A DNA stretch of 64,000 bases, taken from positions 394,320,001 through 394,384,000 of the forward strand of contig OZ024741.1 of assembly GCA_964016885.1 (NCBI GenBank), in the 5' to 3' direction. The notes below the pieces were generated by a model. That model was not told where the DNA came from. It made no database searches and saw nothing but the letters and a program-made list of their open reading frames with translations. The DNA comes from Eledone cirrhosa. Taxonomy: Eukaryota. A program made the translations under genes and the position numbers. Below, one piece after another: positions 39,093 to 51,204 of the stretch. Position 1 is the first letter of the stretch. Each line of letters starts with the position of its first letter.

Positions 39093-39371
39093 CGAGGCTC
39101 GATAAGGATAAATATATATCAAATATATAAGAACCCTAGAACAAATCCCGAACAACACCGGGCCATTCTGCTAGTATATATTAAAATAACAGATTAAAGT
39201 TTAAGCAAAGAATCCCTTAACGGGATCTTCAGAAGATCCCTTTAAGGGATTCTTTGCTTAAACTTTAATCTGTTATTTTAATAAATATTTGCTCTAGGGT
39301 TCTTATATATCTGATATATATTTATCCTTATCGAGCCCTCTTTGGATTTTAGTCTTCACATTTATTATTAT

Positions 39372-39378
<7 letters not shown>
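39093..39378. mobile_element. Fold-back plus tail element centred at about 39232; relative at 24706-24850
   Basis: GAATCCCTTAACGGGATCTTC-A-GAAGATCCCTTTAAGGGATTC with flanking inverted arms. CTGAAGA-TCCC..GGG partial HHR. Confidence 0.7.
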
Positions 39379-39424
<46 letters not shown>

Positions 39425-39427
<3 letters not shown>

Positions 39428-39751
39428 AAAATTTCATGGAGAGACCAAGTTAGCAACGAGGAAGTGATGAGGAGGTCAGGATTGGAGAGGTTAAGGGACA
39501 TTGTTCGCGGGCCACACCCTTCGTTTTCCGGCAGATCGAACTGCTCCTATTGCCATGGATTGGGTACCAGAAGGTGGCAGAAGAGAACGGGGAAGACCAC
39601 GAAAAACATGGCGGAGCACATTCAGGGAGGACCTGCGGGAGATGGGAATTACCTGGAGAGGTGCTAGAAGGGCCGCCAGTGACAGGATCAAGTGGAGGAA
39701 GCTCGTCGCCTAATGTTCCACAAGGGACTGGAGGAACTAAGACTAAGACTA

Positions 39752-39753
<2 letters not shown>
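39425..39753 (+). mobile_element. RTE-clade LINE 3' fragment with (CTAAGA)n tail
   Basis: ISWRDQVSNEEV, AGHTLR, RRERGRPRKTW, DRIKWRKLV. Confidence 0.85.
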
Positions 39754-39796
<43 letters not shown>

Positions 39797-40854
39797 GTTG
39801 TTGTTAGCTTAAAACGATTTGTGCCCTCGCAACCCAACAAACGATGAGCTTCTCCACTGGTCGCCGTCTCTTTCTCGTCTCTCAACTGTGAGAAGCGCTA
39901 CCCTGCGGTGTTATTCGTCCATCTCTTTAAATACCCTCCTCTCCGTCTTGAGTTTGTGAAATTTGACCTATAGCCGGCGTTGACCTTTAACTACATGACC
40001 AAACCAACTGAACCTTGCAATCACAGCATCCTTATTTGCCTCAGTCAGTCCCAGTCAGCTGCGTACATGCACATTGCTCATCATGCGTCCATTTGTTACA
40101 CCATGCTCTCGAGGAACTTGAACTCTGTGGCTTTGGAAATGTGTAGGTTGTCTATTTTTTGCTCTTTGTTGGGATCTGTCAACATTATTGTACATTTCTG
40201 GGGGTTAATATTCAATTTTTATTTTTATTTTTTTCAATATCACATAAAGATTAATTTGGTTCTTTCCGAGTTTTGATACTCTATAAATAATTATTTTAAG
40301 TTATTCCCCCAGTTATTCTCTAAACAGCCCAGCATTCTCTGATTAAAATTTAATAAAATATGAAAGTAATCAGATGGATCACTTTTTCTAAGTCCGGAGA
40401 GATAAACTGGTGTAAAGGTTATTTATTTTTCACAGAGAAGATAAATTGTTTGTTGGCTAAAGATTCATCTTCTATTTCAAATCATTCGTTCAAACATCTG
40501 TGTCGTATACTATTAATTAATTAATTCCCGTGGCCATTTCGTGCACTGTTATGCAAATTAAGCTCTTTATGAGCTGGTGTACATTATAAAACAGAGAGAG
40601 GTATACACAAAGGATTAGATTAATTAGCATATATCGATTGGGAGCCAAAAAAAGAGAATAAAAAACTGAAGTTGTCAAATTAATGTGACAAATTAGAGCT
40701 GTAGCTGATATCTATATGTACATATAGATATATAACGGCTGTATATACATATATATATACATATATATATATAACGGCTGTAGCTGATATCTATATGTAC
40801 ATATAGATATATAACGGCTGTATATACATATATATATACATATATAGATATAGT

Positions 40855-42572
40855 GAAAACTGGAAGGGGAACAAAAACAGAGAGGCAGTACAAACAAAGG
40901 TTTATTAGTTTCACGCGCTTGAGAGTGGGGGGTGGGACGTTTCGGGCATAAGCCCTTCTTCAGGAGAAAAGTGGGTGGGAAGAGAGTTCCGAGGGTGTGT
41001 GGGGGAGTGGTGGAGAGACATTTAGAAAAGGGGGGGAAACGGTGGAAGGGGTACAAATAAAAATAAAAATAAACATAAAGATAAACAAGTGGTGGAAAGG
41101 TGTGGAGCGTGTAGGGGTGGTGGCGGGTGGAGTAGGGAGAGGGAGGCGGGGGTCCGAGCAGGGAGGGCTGAAGATGGTGTTTGCGTATGTGTGTAGGTGT
41201 ACGTGTGTGTGTCTATGTGAATGTGAGAGTTGGGGGAAGAACGAGGTTCCATGTTCAGGAAAAGGTGTGTGTGTGGGTTGGGGTGTAGGTCTATGTGTGC
41301 GTGCATGTGGATGGGAGGGTTCAGATGGGTGGGGGAGGGAGGGGGGATTCCGGAGGCTGAGTGTGTATATGTGGGGGTACACACGTGTGTGTTGGTGTTT
41401 ATACGTGGTGTGGATGTGGGTGGCGTGGTTCGAAAAAAAATTTGAGTGTATGTCCGTGGGTAAGTTCCTAAGGTAGTTCCGTGGAGTGTGCGAAAACATG
41501 GTGGATATTTTTCATGTTATGGAGTGGATAGCTGGAACAATGGTTGTGGTGGTCGGAAGTGGGAGATGTGGGGTGCGCGCGCAACAGGAAGTGGTCAGGG
41601 GGTCAAGGCAAGATGAAGGCATAGCAATAGAGGAGAATGACAGGTGGAGAAAGTCAGTATGTGGTGAGGACTGTGTGTCTGTGTGTGCGGAGGTGCGGTG
41701 GACAGGGGAGAGGAAGGGTAGGTGTGAAAGGTGGAGTGGGGAGGAGGTCATGTGGGGGGATGGGGTGTGTATTAATAGAGGTGTTAGTGGGATGTGTGTG
41801 TGTGAAGAGGTGTGGGTGGAGCGGGGAGAGGGAGAGAAAAGGTGTAGGGGACGGTGGAGGGAGTGTAGTGTACTGGTATGTGTGTGCGTGTTTGGATGAG
41901 TGTGTGTGGGGTAAAGGGGTGTTAGTGGGTGTTAGTATACTGATAGTGGAGAAAGGGTTGAATGCGGGTGTGTTAGTGGGGGTTGGTGGTGGTTGGGTGT
42001 GTAGAGTGGGTGGTGTATGTAGGTGTGGGTGGGTGGGTGTGGGAAGGTGTGTGTTCGTGTGCGTGGGGTCGGGGGGATGTTAGTGGTATTAGTTGTGGGG
42101 TGGTTGGAGTGGATGTGTAGGTGAGGGTTAGTGGTGGTAGTAAGGTGTGTGGATAGTGTGAGTGCGTGTATATATGTATAGGTGGGTGTGTGCCTGATAG
42201 GGGGAGGGTGGCTGTGGGTGGCATGGGGGTGTTAGTATTGTTAGTTGTGGGGTAGGCCAAGGGGGTGGGCGGTGAAAAGGAGGAGTGTGTTAGTGGTGTT
42301 AGTGGGTGATATGTGTGGGGGGGGGACAGGGCGGTCGAAGACTAAAGGGATAGGGGTGTGAAGTTCAGTCGGGGGTGTGTGGGTCTGTAGGGTGAAGATG
42401 GTGCGTTGTTCGACCGTGAGGCGGGTGGTGGGTGTCCGTGGCATTGGAGTAGGCCACAGACTGTGAGGTGGTGGGCGGAATGTCCAGGGGAGCCAAGGTG
42501 GCGGGCGATGGGGGAACTACCGCCGAGACGAATACCCCGGAGGTGTTCAGTGAAACGGTCCGCCAGGCGACA
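40855..42572 (-). mobile_element. Penelope-like element 3' part: GIY-YIG C-terminus, long C/A-rich 3' UTR, HHR core at 40936-40963
   Basis: RLADRFTEHLRGI..SPIARH..PGHS, RLTVEQRTIFTLQT. CTGAAGA-a-GGGC ttat GCCC-GAAA-CG-TC, with stem I not evident. Confidence 0.82.
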
Positions 42573-42591
42573 GTGTGTGTGTGTGTGTGTG

Positions 42592-42825
42592 TGTTGGTTC
42601 GTGGAGGTGTTGTTTCGATGCATGATATTTTTAATGCTGGTAAACACATACAATGCAAATAAGCACATAAATGCAGATGTTACGTTTCTGCCGTTATCCT
42701 ATCGAGCTGCTCGATAAAATAACGGCAGAAACTACGTCGTAACAGCTGTATTAAATGTGCATACTTGCATCACATACCAGCATTAAAAATACCATGCATC
42801 GAAACAGCACCTCCACAAACCAACA
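42592..42825. repeat. Imperfect palindrome, about 115-bp arms
   Basis: Centre TATCGAGC-T-GCTCGATA at 42700-42716. Outer arms are reverse-complementary. Confidence 0.85.
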
Positions 42826-43584
42826 AATACACAAACTGAAACCTATATTTATTTTTTAAAAAAACACAGTTGTCTTGACATCATTCAAACTCCACGTCCA
42901 AACATAGCTTGATAGATTTTTCTATAACAAAAACATAATAGATCAAAGATATTGACATTTTCTTCTTATATATATCAGTGGAAGTCATATAGTGCATTCC
43001 CTCAGGTTACAACTCTGTCAGGAAATCGTTTTCAATTGATTTATATATATTTATTGTTTTTATTTCATTTTATTTTTTGTTTAAATATTGATATGTTGGC
43101 GCTTAATTTTAGTGCCATCTGATACAAAAATGAAAGGGATTTGTGGCAGTGTAATGATTTATACCGCACATGCATAGATAACTATGTATGTCCGGTATAC
43201 ATCCCTATGAATTCCTATGTATGAATCCCTAAGGATTCTTCAACTCGTGTTTGGTTATAGTTAGAACGGATGTATCTATGAGCTGGCTGGATTCTGCACG
43301 GCAGATGTCGGTACTTCAATGACTATTGAAGTGGGGGGGGGGCAACTTTTGAAGAACGGTCGCTTGTGATAGTTCAATCTGGGTTAAACTTCTGGTTATC
43401 CTGGGTCCTTTCATTTGTGTATAAGAATTTCGCTGAATGGGGGAAGAGATTATCTGGAAGATATTGTGTTCAATTCCTCATATCGGCCGTTGGCAACTTT
43501 CTTTTCCGTCTTTTAAGGGTCTTCATCCTATTTTATAAGCTTTCGTTATAGTAGTTTTGTGCCTGAGCAATTTCTTTATACTTA

Positions 43585-43898
43585 TATATATATACACCCA
43601 ACAAATAAGGATCTCTATGGCAATATACCACCTATCAGCAGGTCAATACGTGGACAGAGACTCAGATTTTGCTGGCCACTGTTGGCGCAGCAAGGAAGAA
43701 ATAGCAGGTGATGTATTGTTATGGAGTCCATCTCATGGAGCAAGAAACGCTGGTCGTCCCAAGAAGTCATACGTCAAGCAACTTGAGGACGATACTGGAT
43801 ACACTGCGGAAGAACTGGCAAACGCTATGAGAGACAGAGATGGATGGAGGAAACGTGTCGTAGAAATCCGAGCAAGCTCGACCTTATGATGATGATGA
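43585..43898 (+). mobile_element. RTE-clade LINE 3' fragment with (GAT)n tail
   Basis: FAGHCWRSKEE, VLLWSPSHG, GRPKKSY, MRDRDGWR. Confidence 0.85.
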
Positions 43899-43950
43899 CA
43901 TTTATATTCTCAGCACTTCAAAAACCGAAAATTCAACTTCGTGCATTGTT

Positions 43951-44048
<98 letters not shown>

Positions 44049-44130
44049 CGCGTGCGCGCGTGTGTGTGTGTGTGTGTGTGTGTTTATATATATATTCAAA
44101 TATATAATATACAAATGAAACAAAGCGTGT

Positions 44131-44176
<46 letters not shown>

Positions 44177-44200
44177 TCACACGCTTTGTATATATATATA

Positions 44201-44392
44201 AAACGAAGGAGTTGTGGTAAGGAACCAGATGGACCATAACGCACCAGAGTACTCAATACTTAGGGTAGTAGAGTGGGTAATATGAAAATGTATGGCCCTG
44301 ACGGCAGAGCTCAGCTCAAGCCGTTTCGACGGCTATTTCAGTCCAGAAATAACCGTCGAAACGGCTTGAGCTCTGCCGTCAGGGTCATACAT

Positions 44393-44400
<8 letters not shown>
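44201..44400 (-). mobile_element. Short hairpin-plus-tail element in (TA)n
   Basis: Arms 44280-44340 and 44346-44400. Tail shared with 29149-29226. Confidence 0.78.
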
Positions 44401-44429
<29 letters not shown>

Positions 44430-45397
44430 TATACATTACTGTCAAATTTTCCTACTCCACTACCAAAAATATACAACAAAATATAAGTGCGTACACAAAT
44501 ATACCACCAACACATCAAACCAACCATAATACTAAAATAAACCGCAACAAACCACCATCTCCTTCACATATAACAAGTCGAGTAAATTCCACACCAAATT
44601 TGACTAACTCCCTTGATATAATATTCACGAATGGTAGTAACTGTAGAAACAAAAGAAATTGCCCATTAAGGGGAAATTGTCTTATTAATAACATAGTATA
44701 TAAATGTAAAATTAGCACTAAGAACTCAACTTCTTCATATATATAGGAGCTACATCTAACCAATTTAAAGTAAGATTTAATACCCACAAACATAGTTTTT
44801 AAAATGCCGCATTAGCTAATACAACATCATTAGCTGAAACAATTAATAATTATAGAAAAAAGAATATCGATTACAACCTGACCTGGAGTGTGCTCAAAAG
44901 GGCCACCCCTTATTAAAATAACAGATATGAGTGTAGATTATGCTCCCGGGAACTTTTTGAAATAATGAAATCTAAGCATATCCTATTAAATAAGCGACAA
45001 GAATTAATTGTATCTTGCAATCATAGTATTAGAGGAACTTTCAAATATTATAAACCTAATTAATATACACCTTACACTTATATTTTACATATTATTATAA
45101 TTAATTTTTTTAATTTAGTTAACCTAAAATTAGTACTTTACTACAGAGAACTTCATAATTTTATTTCCCTCTTACAGCTCTCTTTTCCTAAAATTAATAC
45201 CTAAAAGTATACATATAAATTAATTTAATTTCCCGTTATGAATCTAGATTCCTTGTAGTCTATATAAGATTGCTATTTCTCACTACTACATTTATCCCAA
45301 AATTTTATTTTCCTTTGTTTTCAACAACATTCTTTAATAACATCTAATTCTTATTTATCCCATTCATATGAATTAATATAAATTTATCCCTATAAGT

Positions 45398-47078
45398 TGA
45401 AACAAAATGAAAACGAAATTTCATTTCTCACTCTTAGTATGGCACTTACTTAAATGTAAGTATGCATGTATACGTACATACATATATGTATACAGACGTA
45501 CAGTAGCATGCACATATATATATATATATATACATATATACATACATATGCATACAGGTACACATACATATATGCACGTATCAGTTTAGCGGCGCTTATT
45601 ATAACGTCGCTTTGTTCGTTTGTAAACAAACTGAACAGCTGAATTTATGCCATACGGTGTTAAGGCAACCACGTCACCTTTTTGTTCAACACTGACACAG
45701 GAACGATGTACTAGTTTCAAGCTTGTTAGCTATCATCAGCACCGTTTACCCATCTGCCAGATAGTTGAACGTTCGAAAGTATATACTTTCCTTATGAAAA
45801 TTAACGGCTGAGCAGCCTAATTTGCATATTGAGTGAGTTAAATCGGCCAGCATACCGAAAACGATAAATTGAAACAAAATGAAAACGAAATTTCATTTCT
45901 CACTCTTAGTATGGCACTTACTTAAATGTAAGTATGCATGTATACGTACATACATATATGTATACAGACGTACAGTAGCATGCACATATATATATATATA
46001 TATACATATATACATACATATGCATACAGGTACACATACATATATGCACGTATCAGTTTAGCGGCGCTTATTATAACGTCGCTTTGTTCGTTTGTAAACA
46101 AACTGAACAGCTGAATTTATGCCATACGGTGTTAAGGCAACCACGTCACCTTTTTGTTCAACACTGACACAGGAACGATGTACTAGTTTCAAGCTTGTTA
46201 GCTATCATCAGCACCGTTTACCCATCTGCCAGATAGTTGAACGTTCGAAAGTATATACTTTCCTTATGAAAATTAACGGCTGAGCAGCCTAATTTGCATA
46301 TTGAGTGAGTTAAATCGGCCAGCATACCGAAAACGATAAATTGAAACAAAATGAAAACGAAATTTCATTTCTCACTCTTAGTATGGCACTTACTTAAATG
46401 TAAGTATGCATGTATACGTACATACATATATGTATACAGACGTGAACAAAGCGACGTTATAATAAGCGCCGCTAAACTGATACGTGCATATATGTATGTG
46501 TACCTGTATGCATATGTATGTATATATGTATATATATATATATATATGTGCATGCTACTGTACGTCTGTATACATATATGTATGTACGTATACATGCATA
46601 CTTACATTTAAGTAAGTGCCATACTAAGAGTGAGAAATGAAATTTCGTTTTCATTTTGTTTCAATTTATCGTTTTCGGTATGCTGGCCGATTTAACTCAC
46701 TCAATATGCAAATTAGGCTGCTCAGCCGTTAATTTTCATAAGGAAAGTATATACTTTCGAACGTTCAACTATCTGGCAGATGGGTAAACGGTGCTGATGA
46801 TAGCTAACAAGCTTGAAACTAGTACATCGTTCCTGTGTCAGTGTTGAACAAAAAGGTGACGTGGTTGCCTTAACACCGTATGGCATAAATTCAGCTGTTC
46901 CGTTTGTTTACAAACGAACAAAGCGACGTTATAATAAGCGCCGCTAAACTGATACGTGCATATATGTATGTGTACCTGTATGCATATGTATGTATATATG
47001 TATATATATATATATATATGTGCATGCTACTGTACGTCTGTATACATATATGTATGTACGTATACATGCATACTTACA
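45398..47078. mobile_element. 472-bp HHR-containing non-coding repeat: 2.2 tandem units plus 1.35 inverted units, 13-bp TSD (retrozyme-like)
   Basis: Period 472 (45399/45871/46343 and 46444/46916). Inversion junction at 46443/46444. TSD TATCCCTATAAGT at 45385-45397 and 47079-47091. Confidence 0.85.
46787..46831 (+). ncRNA. Complete minimal type I hammerhead ribozyme (identical minus-strand copies at 45702-45746 and 46174-46218)
   Basis: AACGGTG-CTGATGA-t-AGCT aaca AGCT-t-GAAA-CTAG-TA-CATCGTT gives a 7-bp stem I, 4-bp stem II, palindromic stem III and a GUA cleavage triplet. Confidence 0.88.
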
Positions 47079-47476
47079 TATCCCTATAAGTATACCTATC
47101 AATTAATTTAATTTCTTGTTATAGATCTAAATTCCTTGTATTTTAAATAAGATTGATATTTCTCACTAACACCTTTACCCTAAAATTCTATTCTCCTTCG
47201 GTTTTAACATTAACATTATTCTTTAATAGCATCAAATTTTCGTGTACCTTCCGCCGGCTTGACCTCCTTTCATCCCCAAAGTTTTCTTTTCATTCAAAGT
47301 AATCTTTCCATTCAAAACTGCATTCCTCTACCCCTAAATTAAATTTCTACTACTACTATTCTATCAACTTGACCTCTTACTACTTTTCTATTGGTCAATT
47401 CAAAACCTGTTCCCAAACAGACCTATTATATTAAATCTTTGTTGGTTTTTTCAATAAACAAATATCATTATTTCTG

Positions 47477-47632
47477 GTCGGACGCCATGCTTTCCAGCAT
47501 AGTTACATTCCTTTACGATCTGAGTTCAAATCCCGCCGAGGTTGACTTTGCCTTTCATCCTTACGGGGTCGATAAAATAAAGTACCAGTAATGCACTGGT
47601 TAATTGCTGGCCTTGTGCCTAAAGTAGAAACA
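47477..47632 (+). mobile_element. tRNA-derived SINE with 10-bp TSD
   Basis: B-box-like GAGTTCAAATCC at 47522. TSD ATTATTTCTG at 47467-47476 and 47633-47642. Absent from the homologous site at 21661-21680. Confidence 0.9.
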
Positions 47633-48014
47633 ATTATTTCTGAAGACAGCATATATATGTGAAGGTATGTATATTTCCTCTAATAGTTTGTAAAATTTTT
47701 ACATAGATCTATATGATATACATACCAACACACATATATATCCTAGAAACGATCGTAAAATGATGAATTTTTTAATATAAGTAACTTGTTATTTGTTTTT
47801 ATTCATGGTTATAATTAATTTATCTTGACTCTGTTTTCCTATGATTTTCATCGATAATTTTTGAATGCATCTTCTCTTTTCATGATATTTGGATTACATT
47901 GAGTTCTTCATACGGATTGGACACTACCGTATATTTTGGTAGATTTATCTTCATACATATATATATACATATTTTTTCTGCGTTTCAAAACCCGAAAATT
48001 CGGCTTCTTACATT

Positions 48015-48051
<37 letters not shown>

Positions 48052-48056
<5 letters not shown>

Positions 48057-48943
48057 TAAAACATGTCTATAGAATCACAAGATAAAATATATACTATTTC
48101 CTCTCCCAATTAGCATAATTAACTATATAAAAAATCGAATAGACCAGGCTATAAGAATGAGGCTTCTATGAAGAAATCTCCGACAAATAACCGAAACTAG
48201 CGCTTCGCGTCGGCCGTAGCGGAATATTTATCGAATATTTCGAATATTTATCGAATATTTATCGAATATTCGAATATTATCGAATATAGCTCTGATTGTT
48301 TGATTTATTAATTTTTCATTGAGCCACAAAGTGACCAGTTGCAAAACACGTATGTGTATATGTATGTATATATATATGTAAACTTTTATATGTAATAATC
48401 TCCCATTAGGTTGAGATACAAATTTGGCTGTATTGTGCTGTGCTTTCTAGCAAAAATGCCACCAGTCGTAAGCAACTACCACACCCCTTCTAACCTGACC
48501 ACGACTACGTCACGATTTTTAGCCATTTTGAAATGAATTGTGTGCGCGATCACTTTGGAAAATTTAGTGTCTAGATAAGAGCGAGCTTCCTGATGAATCC
48601 GGCGCTCGAGTTTATATAATTATTACATAGTTATTGGAAAACTCAAAATACGGACGAAACCATGGTAGAGGTATTTAAATGTATTCTATTTTCTCCTAGT
48701 TTATTTTACACCTAATTCTGTTTAGTTGACTATATCTGGGCGATTACGCTGTCGAAATATTCGATAAATATTCCGCTACGGCCGACGCGAAGCGCTAGTT
48801 TTGGTTATTTGTTGGAGATTCCTTCATAGAAGCCTCATTCTTATAGCCTGGTCTATTCGATTTTTTATATAGTTAATTATGCTAATTGGGAGAGGAAATA
48901 GTATATATTTTATCTTGTGATTCTATAGACATATTTTATGATA
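48052..48943. mobile_element. Element with about 190-bp inverted termini in (TA)n and internal HHR at 48586-48671
   Basis: 48052-48243 mirrors 48752-48943. CTTC-CTGATGA-a-TCCG...CGGA-c-GAAA-CCATGG-TA-GAGG. Short CGAATATT repeats at 48222-48287. Confidence 0.8.
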
Positions 48944-48988
48944 TATATATATATGACAATTTATGGCAACATGACCCTCCCAAAGTAT

Positions 48989-49067
<79 letters not shown>

Positions 49068-49307
49068 ATTATGCATTGTTGCATAATATATGCAGACAGA
49101 GGGTACAGTGCACCCTACTGATGCATTAAGTGTGGCCTAAACTCGAGTCCGGGAACTATTATATCACCCGTTTTACGTGTGTTGTGTTGAAGTGAAGCGA
49201 ATAACTATATGTATACTCTGGGAATGTATCCTACATTACCTATTAAGTACGCTGAGATACAACCGGTCCTGGCATTGATAAATATGCTGGGTCCGTCAAC
49301 TCCTTAT

Positions 49308-49397
<90 letters not shown>

Positions 49398-51204
49398 ATA
49401 TTCAAATGAAACAAGAAAAAGAAAGCAAAGGAAGAAAAAGAAAAAAAAATAGCAACAAAGGGAAGGGGAGGGGAGGATAAAATCTAGACCCTGGTCTGAG
49501 TGGTGATTTGGTCGTGCCTAACTGACAGAATGGTGAAGGCATTGCCACGGAGAATACCCAGTGAGACACACTGCAACAGTCCTCCAGCCTCACAGAGTTG
49601 CTTGGTGGGCTGTTGTCTTTCCGATTTTGCGGAGGAAATCAACAGTGCGAGGACCAAGGACACCAGAGGTCCCGACGACCACCGATACGGAAAGGAAGCG
49701 GTCGAACAATTTGTTCATCTTAAAAAGTTTAGTAAAACCCCCTTAGTGTCAATCCAGTTCACGATTGAATCCCGATCTCGACATCCATTGACTCTACATA
49801 CCTTACTATTAGGCCACAGGGAAATGGCTAGACAATTCTATCTAGGTCACTTTTAGCTGATAAAATAATGTAACAATCCAAGGAGGCCGATAGGCGGAAT
49901 TATTAGAGCGCTCAATGATATGCCTTGCAATAGTCGCTTATTAGAGTAGCAGACTTAATCTGCTTCCCGGTTCAACATCACCACCTGGCCCTAATGCCTT
50001 TAGCAGAGTCCATTTGGTTGCAGGCTTGGAGTTATCTTTCTCCCTTCCTCTCTGCTACAAGTTTCAAGGATCCTGAAACGAGACATGAACACTCTCTTTT
50101 TCTTCATTAATATACAATAAAAACTTTAAAATCACAATTGTAAACACCTCTATCACTAAAAATACCCTACTCCCATTTTATATATATATATATATATAAT
50201 CTGAGTTTTTCGAATATTAACAATAACATTCGATTCGTTTGCAATTATGCAGACAAGCCTCAATTTTATAGCCATGTCAGTAGAATGAACACTCCTCAGA
50301 TATGTTCTCACATTTAGAAATAAATAAAAAGGATAAAGAAAATATGATAGTGAGATAAAGAATACAAAAATAAAACAAAAAATAAAGAAAATAAAAAATA
50401 AAACATATATATATGTAAAAGAAATAATACAAACATAATAAAGGACTACAATAAAATAATGATAAAATTTAAAACAAAACATAAATGGATAAGTAGGAAC
50501 TAGAAGAGAGAAAGAGAAGAAGGAAAAGTAAAAGAAAAGGAAAAGGAAAAATAAATAGTGAATGTCTAGGCAGACTTCAGATCATTTCCAACGAACTGCT
50601 ATTATCGTCCTGTGTAGAGAAGTCAAATACCTTAATAGTGAAAAAAAAATCATTTTTTTTTTTCGAAAACAGAAATGTATGATCAAGCTGGATATATGTC
50701 TATAGGATGCGTGTGTGTACATGCGTGTGAGTGTATGTGTTGTTACGCATATGTTTTAGGTTGTGTACGATATTATATGTGCGTGTGCATGTGTGGGTAT
50801 GTCCTTATGTGTGCATGCGTTCTTAAATCTGCTAAGTTATACATGAACAGTGGGCCTAACCATTGGTTCGAGTGCTCAACAAAACGTAGGGCTACCCCGG
50901 TTCACTGGTAGCCTGCACTCCTGTGACCTGCGCGGATTTAAACACTCACCTAACTCCTATGTGGGAAAGTTAAACGCGGGAAAGGTGCATTTCCCGTGGT
51001 GCCTGCATGCCATGATAATCTCAGACTTCAAGTTAACCAAGTTTTGTTTTAATTTAACAATTTCCATGGCTTCCACCACACAGAGTTTGCAGTGGCCACC
51101 ACCCATGGAATAAGCGGCTGCCTGTTGCACTATACTCCAGTTTAGTTTGAAGCTAGTGTTGTTGCCCGTTAACGTCCAGATTAGATCTGCTAGTCTTGAG
51201 TATC

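Larger units (their letters stand above)
29867..39174 (+). mobile_element. Probable non-autonomous Helitron carrying nested Gypsy and PLE insertions
   Basis: A|TCTATATTACTAAAA 5' end with GTCT repeats. 3' hairpin CCCG..CCGGG, then CTAG|T at 39171-39175. Pairing of the two ends is inferred. Confidence 0.5.
44430..47951 (+). mobile_element. Penelope-like element 3' part (GIY-YIG, 3' UTR, HHR), interrupted by two insertions
   Basis: NCRNKRNCPLRGNCL..IVYKCKI...YIGAT..FKVRFNTHK. Colinear with 20266-21991 after removing 45398-47078 and 47477-47632. Confidence 0.87.

Noticed and set aside
40960-42260. Several 100-180 aa ORFs on both strands
   Set aside because: A by-product of low-complexity G/T skew with few stop codons.
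45407-46654. Repeated 60-aa ORF MKTKFHFSLL... as a peptide gene
   Set aside because: It runs into microsatellite-like sequence and lies antisense to the ribozyme. Its repetition just reflects the 472-bp unit.
48222-48287. Short repeats resembling a CRISPR array
   Set aside because: No unique spacers, no cas genes, and a eukaryotic context. These are slippage repeats at an inversion junction.
49490-51120. GC-richer non-coding patches (also 26574-26770 and 43090-43520) that look like interspersed repeats
   Set aside because: No second copy, TSD, TIR or coding motif could be confirmed in this window, so they are left unannotated.
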